From Candidatus Eiseniibacteriota bacterium (GTDB taxonomy: Bacteria > Eisenbacteria > RBG-16-71-46 > CAVPCR01): a DNA stretch of 64,000 nucleotides. Each line of letters starts with the position of its first letter. The first letter of the stretch is position 1. Of the stretch, positions 24,354 through 34,267 are shown one piece after another. The notes under the pieces are model-generated. The model made no database searches, was not told the DNA's origin, and worked only from the letters and a program-made list of their open reading frames with translations. The stretch covers positions 1,248,001 through 1,312,000 of the forward strand of contig CAVPCR010000001.1 in assembly GCA_963702435.1 (NCBI GenBank). The letters are read 5' to 3'. The position numbers were made by a program, and so were the translations under genes.

Positions 24354-25958
24354 TCATCCCCTCCCGGTCGCCGCGGTATAGAAGCGACTCCCATCGGAGG
24401 CGAAGCGTGCGCGCGACTCGTCCCAGCTGTAGAACATGTGTCCGCCCTTGTAGTTGGCGGTGACCAGATGCTCCCGCTGCGCGGGCGTGAGCTTCATGAG
24501 GTCGATCAGGCGCCGGCTCGAGAAGTACGGAGTCACCAGATCGAAGTAGCCGTGGGCGATGAAAACTTTCATGTGCTCGTTGAGGCTCATCCCGTAGCGA
24601 AGGTCGTCCATGGCTCCCGTGAGCTTCTGGAAAACGTGCTTCGAGCCGCTGTTCTTCCAGGATTCGTTCACGTCCATGCTCAGCAGGCGATACTCGAGAT
24701 CGGTCTCGACTCCGAGATTGCTGCGCAGCTGATGGTTGATCGCGGCAGTGAACAACCGATCGATGGAGAACAGGGTGGGATCAGGACCCTCGTAGTTGTC
24801 GCGATCGGGGAAGGGATCGGTCGTGGTGATCGAGGCGTCGTAGTGACCGCAGAGACGACGCTGCTCTCGCAGGAGCTTCCGGCAGAAGAGGGTCGAGCTG
24901 ATGCGCCCGCCCGCCCGATCGAGCATCTCGGCCGGGAGGCCGCAGAGGCTTCCCATGCGCTCGACGAGCCTGGCTCTCTCTCTCTCCGCGAGGGCGGCGC
25001 CCTGGACCAGTAGCCGCGGCAGTTCGTTCTTGGCGAATGCCTCCGCTTCGGCCAGCGCACGGTCGAGCGACGCGCTGCCGGGGATACCGAGCGCCCGGCG
25101 ATGACACCAGGCGGCGGCGGCCAGCGAGGGGAAGAGCTCCACCCAGTAGGTGAGGTCGTAGTCGGTACCCGACAGGGACTCGAGCTCGATCGCCGGCGAG
25201 ATCAGGATCGATCCGCACAACCCGACGCCGTGGCGCTCCTGGAGCATGCGCGCCATCTTCGCCACCCGGAAGCCACCATAGCTCTCGCCGGCGATGAAGA
25301 TCGGGGCCGTCCAGCGGTGGTGCGTGGACAGGAACCGACTGATGAACTCGCCGAGCGACTGGAGGTCCTTCTCGACATCCCAGAACTCGGGGTTCTCCTT
25401 CGGATCGTCGGTCTCGGGCTTGGCGCCCGGCTCCGCGCCCGAGGGTTCCTTGCCGGGCCCCTTCTCCGGCTTCAGGGCGCGGCTGAAGCCGGTACCGACC
25501 GGATCGATGAAGACGAGATCGGTGAATGCGAGCCACGTCTCCCTGTTGTCGACGACCGTGGTCGGCGGCTGGGGCAGCGACCCGGACTCGCCAAAGACGA
25601 CCCGTTGCGGGCCGAGCGCGCCCATGTGGAGGTAGGCCGATGCAGCACCTGGTCCTCCGTTGAAGACGAAGGTGAGAGGGCGGTCGCTCGTGCCTTCCTT
25701 CGCCAGGTACGCGGTGTGGAAGATATGGGCCACTGGTTTGTGGATCTTGCGCAGGCTGATCCAGCCGGTGACAGCCCGGTAGTCGAGCTTCCGCCCGGGC
25801 AGCTTCAGCGAGCCCTCGGTTGACGTCTCCTTCATCGGGAACGGCGTCTCGATCGGGGGCGCATCCCCGGGCCGTTCGCCAGGTTTGTTCCCCAGCTTCT
25901 CCTGCGGCCCGGTCACGGTTCTATCGGCCGGTCTCTTGGCGGCTCTTCTCGTGGTCAT
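24354..25958 (-). CDS. Peptidase S10 family serine carboxypeptidase
   Basis: FNGGPGAAS, DLVFIDPVGTGFS, GESYGG, GYFDLVTP and GGHMFY. Confidence 0.92.
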   Translation of the reverse strand: MTTRRAAKRPADRTVTGPQEKLGNKPGERPGDAPPIETPFPMKETSTEGSLKLPGRKLDYRAVTGWISLRKIHKPVAHIFHTAYLAKEGTSDRPLTFVFNGGPGAASAYLHMGALGPQRVVFGESGSLPQPPTTVVDNRETWLAFTDLVFIDPVGTGFSRALKPEKGPGKEPSGAEPGAKPETDDPKENPEFWDVEKDLQSLGEFISRFLSTHHRWTAPIFIAGESYGGFRVAKMARMLQERHGVGLCGSILISPAIELESLSGTDYDLTYWVELFPSLAAAAWCHRRALGIPGSASLDRALAEAEAFAKNELPRLLVQGAALAERERARLVERMGSLCGLPAEMLDRAGGRISSTLFCRKLLREQRRLCGHYDASITTTDPFPDRDNYEGPDPTLFSIDRLFTAAINHQLRSNLGVETDLEYRLLSMDVNESWKNSGSKHVFQKLTGAMDDLRYGMSLNEHMKVFIAHGYFDLVTPYFSSRRLIDLMKLTPAQREHLVTANYKGGHMFYSWDESRARFASDGSRFYTAATGRG

Positions 25959-26030
25959 TCTGGGTCCCCAGCGTCAGTGGGAATCGCACTTCCCGGAGGC
26001 TCGCGGCGGTGCCGCAGCTCGCCGAGCTGC

Positions 26031-26083
26031 GCACGACCGAGCTGCGCACGACCGAGTTGCGCGCGACCGAGTTGCGCGCGACC
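26031..26083 (+). repeat. Short 15-bp tandem repeat (~3.5 copies)
   Basis: CCGAG(C/T)TGCGC(A/G)CGA units. Confidence 0.75.
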
Positions 26084-26284
26084 TTGCCGGTGTACTGGAC
26101 CCTGCGTCCGAACGTCGGCCGAAAGATCCACCGGAGATTCGAAGCGAGCGCCAGTGTACGCCGGTCCATGGCGCGTGGGAAGTGAGCGGGCAGGTCCGCG
26201 ACTGGCGGCACCAGCCAAGGCGAGTCAGCGGCCCGGATCATCGGGCAGGCCGCGCGCCAGTTTCGCCCGCCGCCGAGGTCGTCG

Positions 26285-26385
26285 GACCGCGCGATCGCCT
26301 CGAGCATCCAGCGATCCGCCACGTGATCGGTCACGACCGGCGGAGCGAACGGAAGCACGAGGACGAAGCTATCGGCACCACACGA
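26285..26385 (-). pseudogene. ~100-bp diverged paralogous fragment of the neighbouring DUF4388-ATPase gene
   Basis: Encodes SCGADSFVLVLPFAPPVVTDHVADRWMLEAIARS, versus SWGTDSFVLVHPFSRPVVTDHVKDRWMLEAIARS at ~26864-26965. Confidence 0.75.
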
Positions 26386-26412
26386 GCAAGAGGGATAACG
26401 GCGCCCGCGAGG

Positions 26413-27600
26413 CTAGGCCGCGGGTTCCGCGAGCTCGAGGATCGGCCCCGGCGCGGCCGGCCGCGGGGCGAAGAACCGCCAGCCCGCCGCGTTCCTCGGC
26501 ACACCGCCGAGCGCCTCGAGCACAGCCAGCGCCTGCGCGCGCTCGGCGGCGCGGAGCGTCACCGCGATGCGTGCGCCCGCCATCCAGCAATCGCGCAGGA
26601 AAACGCCGAGATCGGCGCACGGATCGTGATCCACGAGCACCGCGTGCGGTCGCCAGCGCGCGATGAGCGTGCGTGCGGTCGTCAGATCGAAGGCCGGATC
26701 GAGCACGCCGTGATGGATGGTCCGGCCGTCTCCGAGGTCGTGGGTCGGAATCCCGCTGAGCACGAGCACCCGATCGCCGCCGTCGGCCAGCACCTGCGCG
26801 TACAGCGCGAGGAAGAGGCTCTTGCCCACGCCGGGCGCGCCCCACACCGCGACGGGCGCCGCCGACCGCGCGATGGCTTCGAGCATCCAGCGATCCTTCA
26901 CATGATCGGTCACGACCGGCCGGGAAAACGGATGCACGAGGACGAAGCTGTCCGTGCCCCAGGACAGATAGAGCCGCTTCTCGCCCGCCCACACCCAGCC
27001 ATGGTAGGGCGGTGCCTCGGCGGTGAGGCCGGCGAGCGTCCGCGGCGTCACCCCCTGATCCCAGTCGAGCACCTCGGGGTCGCTCGCTCCTGCATCGAAG
27101 CCCATGAGAGGATGGCCTGCCGTGCGGTAGAGGGTGCGGCCCGGCTGCTCGAGGAGCCATCCGCGCGAGCCCTCGCGCGCCCGGTGGGCGATGCGATCCG
27201 CCGAGATCGCCGCGAAGGTTCGGGAGAGCTCATCCACTTGCTCGAGCGCCGCCGTCACCTGCGCCGTCTGCTCCGCCTCGCCCGCCCGCGCCTCGTCGAT
27301 CGCGCGCGCAGTCTCGAGGAGCAAGTTCTCGGTCTCCATCCCGATCTCGTCCGAATCGGCCACCGGCCCCGGAAGAAACTGGAATTCTCCGTCGTTCCAG
27401 TCGAGGAGCGACATCGCCGCCGTCATGCCGGTCTGGTTCCCGGGCCCGACGGCCGAGACGACGCGCCCGGAGAGGAAGCGGAGTTCGCCGCGCCCCGCCA
27501 CACTCCCGTCGTGCCGTAGATGGAGAACGCCGGTCTTCCGGCCGAGGAGAAGGAACTGCGCGACCTCGATCGGGGAGACGAATGCGAGCCGCCCTTTCAT
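26413..27600 (-). CDS. DUF4388 (PATAN-like) domain fused to a degenerate PilT-like P-loop ATPase
   Basis: MKGRL....EVAQFL....KTGVL.L...G.L.F..G.VV.A......G..A...L..W..G.F.F, Walker A GAPGVGKS, and RPHAVLVD. Confidence 0.7.
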   Translation of the reverse strand: MKGRLAFVSPIEVAQFLLLGRKTGVLHLRHDGSVAGRGELRFLSGRVVSAVGPGNQTGMTAAMSLLDWNDGEFQFLPGPVADSDEIGMETENLLLETARAIDEARAGEAEQTAQVTAALEQVDELSRTFAAISADRIAHRAREGSRGWLLEQPGRTLYRTAGHPLMGFDAGASDPEVLDWDQGVTPRTLAGLTAEAPPYHGWVWAGEKRLYLSWGTDSFVLVHPFSRPVVTDHVKDRWMLEAIARSAAPVAVWGAPGVGKSLFLALYAQVLADGGDRVLVLSGIPTHDLGDGRTIHHGVLDPAFDLTTARTLIARWRPHAVLVDHDPCADLGVFLRDCWMAGARIAVTLRAAERAQALAVLEALGGVPRNAAGWRFFAPRPAAPGPILELAEPAA

Positions 27601-27773
27601 GCCCTGGGCATCCCCGGCCCCCGCCCACTCGCTATCTCGAGCCGCTGCCTGCCTCACCTGCCGCCTCCTCTTGTCACGTCCGCTGCGCCCTACTGGCGCG
27701 CCACGGTGCCAGGCTGGCGCCCGATGGGCCCAGGCGGTACCGGGCCCGCTGAGCCGCACTAGAAGAAACCGCG

Positions 27774-28844
27774 CTAAGCCGCCCGGCGTCGTTCCACGTG
27801 GGAGGCGAAGCGCTCCTTCTGCACCGCGTGATGCAGCGCCTCCTCCACGGTGACCGCCCCCTCCTGTACGAGCCGCGTCAGGTAGTCGTCGAGGAGGATC
27901 ATCCCATCCCGGCGTCCCGTTTGCATCACGGTGGGGATCTGGAAGGTCTTGTGCTCGCGAATGAGCGTCCGCACGGGTGCGCTGCCGACGAGCACCTCGA
28001 CAGCCACGACGCGCCCGCTCCCGTCGGTGCGCTTGAGCAGACGCTGGGCGATCACTCCCTGGAGTGACTCGGAGAGCATCGTACGGACCTGATCCTGCCG
28101 CTCGCTTTCGAAGACATCGATCAGGCGGTCCACGGTCTGCGCCGCCGATGCGGTGTGGAGCGTGCCGAAGACGAGCTGCCCGGTCTCGGCCGCGGTGATC
28201 GCCAGCGAGATGGTCTCGAGATCGCGCATCTCGCCGACCAGGATGATGTTCGGATCCTCGCGCAGCCCGGCGCGCAACGCCGCCGCGAAGCTCTTCGTAT
28301 GCTTGCCCACCTCGCGCTGATTGATGAGCGAGAGTCGGTTCTCGTGCACGTACTCGATCGGGTCTTCGATCGTCACGATGTGCCGGCGATACGTGCGGTT
28401 GACGTAATCGAGGAGAGCCGCCTGGGTCGAGGACTTTCCGCTCCCCGGCGGACCGGTGACGACGACGAGTCCCTTGTTGAGATCGCCGAAATGCGCGATC
28501 TCCTCCGGTAACGCCAGCTGCTCGAAGGTCGGGATGATCGAGGGCAGGATGCGGAACGCGCCGGCCACACCGCGGCGCTGCTCGAAGACGTTGCAGCGTA
28601 CACGGAGCACGCCGGGGATCTCGTAGCCGAAGTCCACCTCGCCGACAGTCTCGTAGGCTGACCACTCGTCGGGAGTCATCATCTCGCGGAGGAGATCGAC
28701 AAGCATGTCGGGAGTGAGCGCCTCGTACTCGACCGGCTGGATCTCGCCGTGCACGCGGAGCATCGGCGGCGCCCCGCAAGTGAGATGCAGGTCCGACGCG
28801 CCGCGATCCTTGACCAGCCTGAAGATGGCATCGATGCGGGCCAC
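27774..28844 (-). CDS. pilT: Type IV pilus retraction ATPase PilT
   Basis: ASDLHL, GPPGSGKS, TIEDPIE, LREDPNIILVGEMRD and GTLHT. Confidence 0.9.
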   Translation of the reverse strand: MARIDAIFRLVKDRGASDLHLTCGAPPMLRVHGEIQPVEYEALTPDMLVDLLREMMTPDEWSAYETVGEVDFGYEIPGVLRVRCNVFEQRRGVAGAFRILPSIIPTFEQLALPEEIAHFGDLNKGLVVVTGPPGSGKSSTQAALLDYVNRTYRRHIVTIEDPIEYVHENRLSLINQREVGKHTKSFAAALRAGLREDPNIILVGEMRDLETISLAITAAETGQLVFGTLHTASAAQTVDRLIDVFESERQDQVRTMLSESLQGVIAQRLLKRTDGSGRVVAVEVLVGSAPVRTLIREHKTFQIPTVMQTGRRDGMILLDDYLTRLVQEGAVTVEEALHHAVQKERFASHVERRRAA

Positions 28845-28960
28845 CCGACTGCCTCCGTTGGTCCGTATTGAGACTCAACGGAACTATCGGCCGGATCGGG
28901 GGCAGTCTTGAGGCGGGTTGGGCTTGGCGCTCCGGGCCCGTGCGGGGGCCGCCGTCACCC

Positions 28961-30919
28961 TCACCCCGGCAGGTTCTCGATCGCGACCGGCTCGACGGGA
29001 TCGGCGAGCGCGAACCCGAAGACTCGCGAGTAGAAGTAGAGCTCGGCGTCGAAAGCGCGTTTGATGTTCTCGGCCTGCCGGAACCCGTGCATCTCTCCGG
29101 GGAAGGCGACATAGGCGACGGGAAGGCCCTTCCGGCGGAGTGCTGCGACCATCCGCTTGGCTTGGTCCGGCGGCACTACCGGATCGGCGAGCCCCTGGAA
29201 GAAGATCACCGGGCAGGAGAGCCGGTCGGTCGAGTGGATCGGCGAGCGCTCGACGTAGATGCTCTGGCGCTCGGGATAAGGGCCGACGAGCCGATCGAGA
29301 TAGCGCGACTCGAACTTGTGCGTGTCGCGGGCGAGCGCTTCGAGGTCGCTCACGCCGTAATGGCTGGCCCCCGCGCGAAAGACGTCGCGGAAAGTCAGCG
29401 CACAGAGGGTCGTGTAGCCGCCCGCGCTTCCACCCCGGATCGCAAGTCGCTCCCCATCCGCCTCGCCGCGTGCGACGAGCCATCGCGCACCGTTCGCGCA
29501 ATCGTCCACGTCGACGATGCCCCACTGCCCGTTCAGGCGCTCGCGGTAGGCGCGCCCGTATCCCGTCGAGCCGCCGTAGTTCACGTCGAGCACCGCGAAC
29601 CCGCGGCTCGTCCAGTACTGGATCGCGGGCCTCAGTGATGGACCGGCGGCGGAGGTGGGTCCGCCGTGGCTCAGGACGAGGAGCGGCGGGCGCTCGGTGG
29701 TAGGAGCAACGAAGTCCCGGTTCCGCGGCCGGTAGTAGAAGGCGTGCGCGGTGGCACCGCCGGTCGTCGGATACGTGACCGCCTCCGGCACAGAGAGCGT
29801 GTCCGGATCGATGACGAGATCGCTCGAACGCCGGAGGACCTGTGACGTTCCGGTCGCGAGATCGAGCTCGATGAGCGCTTCCGCCGCGGCCGGCGAACCA
29901 GCAGCGAAGACGGCACGCATCCCGTCGACGCGAAGGCCGGCTGACGGCGAGATGTCGGTCCACGGGAGAACGATCGGCGCAGCGCGCCCGTTGGCCGGAT
30001 CGACCAGGAGGAGACGCCAGACTCCTTCCTGCGTGACTGCGAGCAGAATCCGCCCGTCCCCGGCGAACCCGTAGGTCGCCATGCCGAATCCCCACTGCGG
30101 GAGCCCGCAGTCGGCCGCGATCGGGTAGACCGCTTCGGCAGTCCCGCCGCGTGCGCTCATCCGGTACAGGTTCCAGTACCCCGACCGATCCGAGACGAAG
30201 TAGAGATTGCCGGCCGGCGACCACTCCGGCTGGAAGATCGATTCCTCACGACCACCCGCCATTTTCTGCGGCACGTCGAGCGAGCCGCCGCCGGCGACGG
30301 CCGCCGTCCACAGCGTCGTCCCGTCCCACGGCATGTCGGGATGGTCCCAGGTCAGCCAGGCAAGGCGGGAGCCGTCCGGCGACAGCCGCGGCGAGGAGCA
30401 GAAATCGTGCCCGCCCGCGAGCACGCGCCCGCTGCTCGCCTCGCCCGCGAGATCGATCGCGACGAGCGCATTGACGGGCTCGCCGCCCCCGGAGTGATCC
30501 TCACGCACGCAGAGGATCCGCCGGCGCCGGCGGTCGACGATGCCGTCGGCGTAACGGTGGGCTCCGGGCGCGGTGACCGGCTCGGGCTCCGCGCCGGGGC
30601 GCACGCGATAGAGCCGCTGGTCTGAGAAGTTCGAGAAGTAGACGACGCCAGCGTCGACCAGGTAGGCGCCGCCGCCGTATTCGTGCACCCGCGTGCGCGC
30701 GTCGAACGGAGGGGGAATCACGTCGGCGATCGTCCCGGCGGCCGAGCGCTTGACGAGGGCGGAGCGCCCGCCCTCGGCCGGGCGCGCCTCGATCCAGTAG
30801 GTGTCGCCGCCTTCGAGCTCGATGCTCGCGAGGCGGATCGTCCCGGCAACGAGGAGACTCGGCGTGATGGGCGATCTCCACGAGCCGTACGGGGCGACGG
30901 TAAGCGCATGTGTCGGCAT
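28961..30919 (-). CDS. S9 family (prolyl oligopeptidase-like) peptidase
   Basis: APYGSWRSPIT start, HGGPT, GGSAGG nucleophile, D.VVP and GEMHGFR. Confidence 0.92.
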   Translation of the reverse strand: MPTHALTVAPYGSWRSPITPSLLVAGTIRLASIELEGGDTYWIEARPAEGGRSALVKRSAAGTIADVIPPPFDARTRVHEYGGGAYLVDAGVVYFSNFSDQRLYRVRPGAEPEPVTAPGAHRYADGIVDRRRRRILCVREDHSGGGEPVNALVAIDLAGEASSGRVLAGGHDFCSSPRLSPDGSRLAWLTWDHPDMPWDGTTLWTAAVAGGGSLDVPQKMAGGREESIFQPEWSPAGNLYFVSDRSGYWNLYRMSARGGTAEAVYPIAADCGLPQWGFGMATYGFAGDGRILLAVTQEGVWRLLLVDPANGRAAPIVLPWTDISPSAGLRVDGMRAVFAAGSPAAAEALIELDLATGTSQVLRRSSDLVIDPDTLSVPEAVTYPTTGGATAHAFYYRPRNRDFVAPTTERPPLLVLSHGGPTSAAGPSLRPAIQYWTSRGFAVLDVNYGGSTGYGRAYRERLNGQWGIVDVDDCANGARWLVARGEADGERLAIRGGSAGGYTTLCALTFRDVFRAGASHYGVSDLEALARDTHKFESRYLDRLVGPYPERQSIYVERSPIHSTDRLSCPVIFFQGLADPVVPPDQAKRMVAALRRKGLPVAYVAFPGEMHGFRQAENIKRAFDAELYFYSRVFGFALADPVEPVAIENLPG

Positions 30920-31020
30920 CGGCGTCATCCTCCCTGGGCGGCAGCCCCGGCGCCAGTGTAGCGCCGCGGCCGTTATGGTAACCTGAATGGGGTGTAAAGG
31001 CCTCAGCTGCGGAGGTGCTG

Positions 31021-31258
31021 GTGCCGACCGTCTTTCGTTTGCTCGGCTATCGCTATCTTCTTCTACTCGTGTGAGCGGGCTGAACCTGCACATGCGCACG
31101 TCGAGCGGGATGACATGGTGGCGAAGCTCTGGCTTGATCCGGTCCGGCTCCAGAACAGCAGCGGGTTCCCGCGAGCCGAACTCCAGCGCATTCAACGTCT
31201 GGTCGAGAAGCATAGCGAACGGCTCATGAGGAGCTGGAATGAATACTTCCACGGCTGA
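31021..31258 (+). pseudogene. DUF4160-family protein with a +1 frameshift near 31054
   Basis: MPTVFRLLGYR in one frame, then IFFYSCERAEPAHAHVERDDMVAKLWLDPV...WNEYF in the +1 frame. Confidence 0.75.
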
Positions 31259-31589
31259 GCCGCGGCCCGTCCGCGCAGTGAACGTCAGGGTCTCGCGCCA
31301 GGCACTGGCGGTCGATCTCTCGGATGGAAGAACAGTCCTCGTGCCGCTCGCCTGGTATCCAAGGCTGCTGCACGGCAGCACCGAGGAGCGAACCCACTGG
31401 CGGCTCATCGGTGCGGGAGAGGGTATCCACTGGCCCGATCTCGATGAAGACATCAGCGTCGAGGGCATTCTTGCCGGCCTACCGTCGGGTGAGAGTCAGA
31501 CGTCTTTCAAGACTTGGCTGGCCGGTCGCAGATCGATGCCCTCTCGCAAACGCGTCCAACGAGCTGGGACCAAGTCTCGCCGAAGCTGA
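31239..31589 (+). CDS. DUF2442-family protein (putative antitoxin partner of DUF4160)
   Basis: LAVDLSDGR...VPLAWYPRL.....EER..W..IG.G.GIHWPDLDEDISVEG. Confidence 0.88.
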   Translation: MNTSTAEPRPVRAVNVRVSRQALAVDLSDGRTVLVPLAWYPRLLHGSTEERTHWRLIGAGEGIHWPDLDEDISVEGILAGLPSGESQTSFKTWLAGRRSMPSRKRVQRAGTKSRRS

Positions 31590-31770
31590 GACCGGGTGGC
31601 CGCCGCCAGCACCTGCAGGGCCCGCTCGTTGTAGGCTGGCCCGGGATCACGCAGCGGGTCGTTCTCGCAGGCCAGTGCCGTGCGGCACCGCTGGCGCCGC
31701 CGGGCCCGCGGCGGTTTCGATTGCTTTCCGACGCGCGCGGCCCAATAATGCCCCTGTCGCGAGGGACATC

Positions 31771-32205
31771 ATGAACTGGTGGCTGTGGGTCGTCTTCGGC
31801 ATCGTCCTCGTCGGGTTCGAGCTCCTCACGCCCGGCGGCTTCTACGTCCTCTTCTTCGGCATCGCCGCGCTCGTCGTCGGCGGACTCTGCGCGGCGCATG
31901 CTGCCGGCCCCCCCTGGATGCAATGGCTCCTCTTCTCGGTCCTCGCGGTCGTCTCGCTCCTTCTCTTCCGGAATCGGCTGCTCGCGCACATGAAGCCCGA
32001 TGAGGGCGCGAGCGGCAAGGTCGACGCCCTCGTCGGCGACCTGGCCGTCCCGCCCGCGGCGATCGCTCCCGGCGCGGTCGGCCGCGTCGAGATGCGCGGC
32101 GCAGCGTGGAGCGCGCGAAACGTCGGGCCGGCGGCGGTCGCGGCCGGCCAGCGCTGCCGCGTCGTCGCCGTCGACGGGCTTCTCCTCGAAATCCGCCCCG
32201 AGTGA
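31771..32205 (+). CDS. NfeD family membrane protein
   Basis: WW.W...G..L...ELL.PG, C-terminal GRVEMRGAAWSA OB-fold, and location upstream of an SPFH gene. Confidence 0.88.
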   Translation: MNWWLWVVFGIVLVGFELLTPGGFYVLFFGIAALVVGGLCAAHAAGPPWMQWLLFSVLAVVSLLLFRNRLLAHMKPDEGASGKVDALVGDLAVPPAAIAPGAVGRVEMRGAAWSARNVGPAAVAAGQRCRVVAVDGLLLEIRPE

Positions 32206-32226
32206 AGCTCGGGCAGCGTGAGGTGC

Positions 32227-33174
32227 ATGACCATGACCGGTGGATTGCTCGTCGTCCTCCTTCTCGCCGGGATCGCCCTGATCACGATCGCGCGGACCGC
32301 GATCGTCGTGCCGCAACAGAGCGCCTACGTCGTCGAGCGGCTCGGCCGCTACTACGCCACCCTGAACGCCGGCTTCCACATCCTCCTCCCGTTCATCGAC
32401 ATCATCCGTTACCGCCACTCGCTCAAGGAGCAGGCGATCGACATCCCGGCCCAGATCTGCATCACCCGCGACAACGTGCAGGTCGAGGTGGATGGGGTCC
32501 TCTATCTCAAGGTCCTGAATCCCGAGCGCGCCTCTTACGGCATCACCAACCACATCTTCGCCATCACCCAGCTCGCGCAGACGACCTTGCGCAGCGAGAT
32601 GGGCAAGATTGACCTCGATCGCACCTTCGAGGAGCGCACCAACGTGAACGTCCAGGTGGTGAGCGAGCTCGACAAAGCCTCCGAGCCGTGGGGGGTCAAG
32701 GTGCTCCGCTACGAGATCAAGAACATCACGCCACCGCGCGACGTGCTCGCCGCCATGGAGAAGCAGATGCGCGCCGAGCGGGAGAAGCGCGCGGTCATCC
32801 TGACCTCGGAGGGCCAGCGTGACGCCGCCATCAACACGGCGGAGGGCCAGAAGCAGCAGGTGATCAAGGCCTCGGAGGCGACCAAGCAGCAGCAGATCAA
32901 CGAGGCCGAGGGCCGCGCCGCCGCCATCCTCGCCATCGCCACCGCCACGGCCGAAGGGATCCGCCAGGTCGCCGAGTCCATCAACAACAAGGGCGGGTTC
33001 GAGGCCGTGCAGCTCCGCGTCGCGGAGCAGTACATCACCCAGTTCGGGGAGCTGGCCAAGTCGAGCAACACGCTCGTCCTCCCCGCCAACGCCGCCGATG
33101 TCGGCTCGATGATCGCGCTCGCCATGAACGTGATCAGGACGCAGGGCGGACCGGTCTCGAGCGCGCAATCGTGA
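32227..33174 (+). CDS. SPFH/stomatin-like (QmcA-type) protein
   Basis: VVERLGRY, AQTTLRSEMGK, WGVKVLRYEIK and QMRAEREKRA. Confidence 0.93.
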   Translation: MTMTGGLLVVLLLAGIALITIARTAIVVPQQSAYVVERLGRYYATLNAGFHILLPFIDIIRYRHSLKEQAIDIPAQICITRDNVQVEVDGVLYLKVLNPERASYGITNHIFAITQLAQTTLRSEMGKIDLDRTFEERTNVNVQVVSELDKASEPWGVKVLRYEIKNITPPRDVLAAMEKQMRAEREKRAVILTSEGQRDAAINTAEGQKQQVIKASEATKQQQINEAEGRAAAILAIATATAEGIRQVAESINNKGGFEAVQLRVAEQYITQFGELAKSSNTLVLPANAADVGSMIALAMNVIRTQGGPVSSAQS

Positions 33175-34256
33175 GGGTGCCTTTCGCTCTCTCCGCCCTG
33201 GCGCTGGTCGCGGCGTTCGGCGCCGCTACACCCGCCGGCGCCACGTTCTCGATCGTGGCCCGCGATTCGGTCACCGGAGAGCTCGGCGTCGCCGTCGAGT
33301 CGCGCGCGTTCTCGGTCGGCTCCGCCGTGCCGTGGGCCGCGCCCGGCGCCGGCGCCATCGCCACCCAGGCACAGACCAACGAGTCGTTCGGGCCGAACGG
33401 GCTCGCGCTGCTGGCCGCCGGGCTCGATGCGCGCGCGGCGCTCGACACGCTGCTCGCGCGCGACCCGGAGCGCGCGCACCGCCAGCTCGCGATCGTGGAC
33501 GCGCGCGGGCGTGTGGCGGCGCACACCGGAGCGAGCTGCAGCGACTGGGCGGGAGCGCGCGCGGGCGCCGGCTACTCCTGCCAGGGGAACATCCTCGCCG
33601 GAGCCGCCGTGGTCGAGGCGATGGCGCACGCCTACGAGACGACGGAGGGCGAGCTCGCTCGGCGCCTCCTGGCCGCTCTCGTCGCCGGGCAGGACGCGGG
33701 CGGCGACAAGCGCGGGAAGCAGTCAGCGGCGATCCTCGTCGTTCGCCCGAGCGAGCGCTACCCGGAGTACCGGAGCCGCTATGTGGATCTCCGGGTCGAG
33801 GATCATCCCGACCCGATCACCGAGCTTGTTCGCGTCTACGAGATCCACGAGGCTGGCGATCTCGTACGCGCCCACCTTCGCTACGCCGAGGAGTACGCGG
33901 CCCGCGGCGATTCGGGCCTCGCACGGCGCGAGGAGGAGCGGGTCGGAGAGACGCTCGAGCGGGTGCTCGCCCGCGGCTCGCGCGACGCGAGCCTTCTGAA
34001 CGGGCTCGCCTGGTTCACGGCGCTTGCCGGCGTGCATCTCGACGAGGCGCTGGCCGCGGCCGAGCGCGCCGCCGAGGTGGAGCCAAAGAACCCCGAGATC
34101 CTCGACACGCTCGCCGAGGTGCACTTCCGCCGGGGCGAGACGGCGGCGGCGATTGCCGCCGGCGAGCGCGCGCTCGCGCTCGATCCCGAGTCGACCTACT
34201 ACAAGGAGCAGCTCGCCCGCTTCCGGGCGGCGAGCGGCGGGAAGCAACAGGACTAG
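33171..34256 (+). CDS. DUF1028 (Ntn-hydrolase-like) protein with C-terminal TPR
   Basis: Signal peptide followed by TFSIVARD, GAIATQA, QGNILAG, GGDKRGKQSAA and DLRVEDH. Confidence 0.88.
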   Translation: MRVPFALSALALVAAFGAATPAGATFSIVARDSVTGELGVAVESRAFSVGSAVPWAAPGAGAIATQAQTNESFGPNGLALLAAGLDARAALDTLLARDPERAHRQLAIVDARGRVAAHTGASCSDWAGARAGAGYSCQGNILAGAAVVEAMAHAYETTEGELARRLLAALVAGQDAGGDKRGKQSAAILVVRPSERYPEYRSRYVDLRVEDHPDPITELVRVYEIHEAGDLVRAHLRYAEEYAARGDSGLARREEERVGETLERVLARGSRDASLLNGLAWFTALAGVHLDEALAAAERAAEVEPKNPEILDTLAEVHFRRGETAAAIAAGERALALDPESTYYKEQLARFRAASGGKQQD

Positions 34257-34267
34257 AGGAGCCGGAG

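Noticed and set aside
26285..26965. DGR template/variable repeat pair
   Set aside because: Mismatches are not confined to adenines and many are synonymous. No reverse transcriptase is present in the window.
26413..31468. ORF-track N-terminal extensions (899-aa ORF to 29112, 835-aa ORF to 31468)
   Set aside because: The extensions overlap pilT and DUF4160/DUF2442. Recognisable domains start at 27600 and ~30919.
31554..31634. Integron attC site after DUF2442
   Set aside because: GTCCAAC fits R'', but the partner GTTGTAG is not GTTRRRY, the spacers pair fully, and there is no integrase or second attC.
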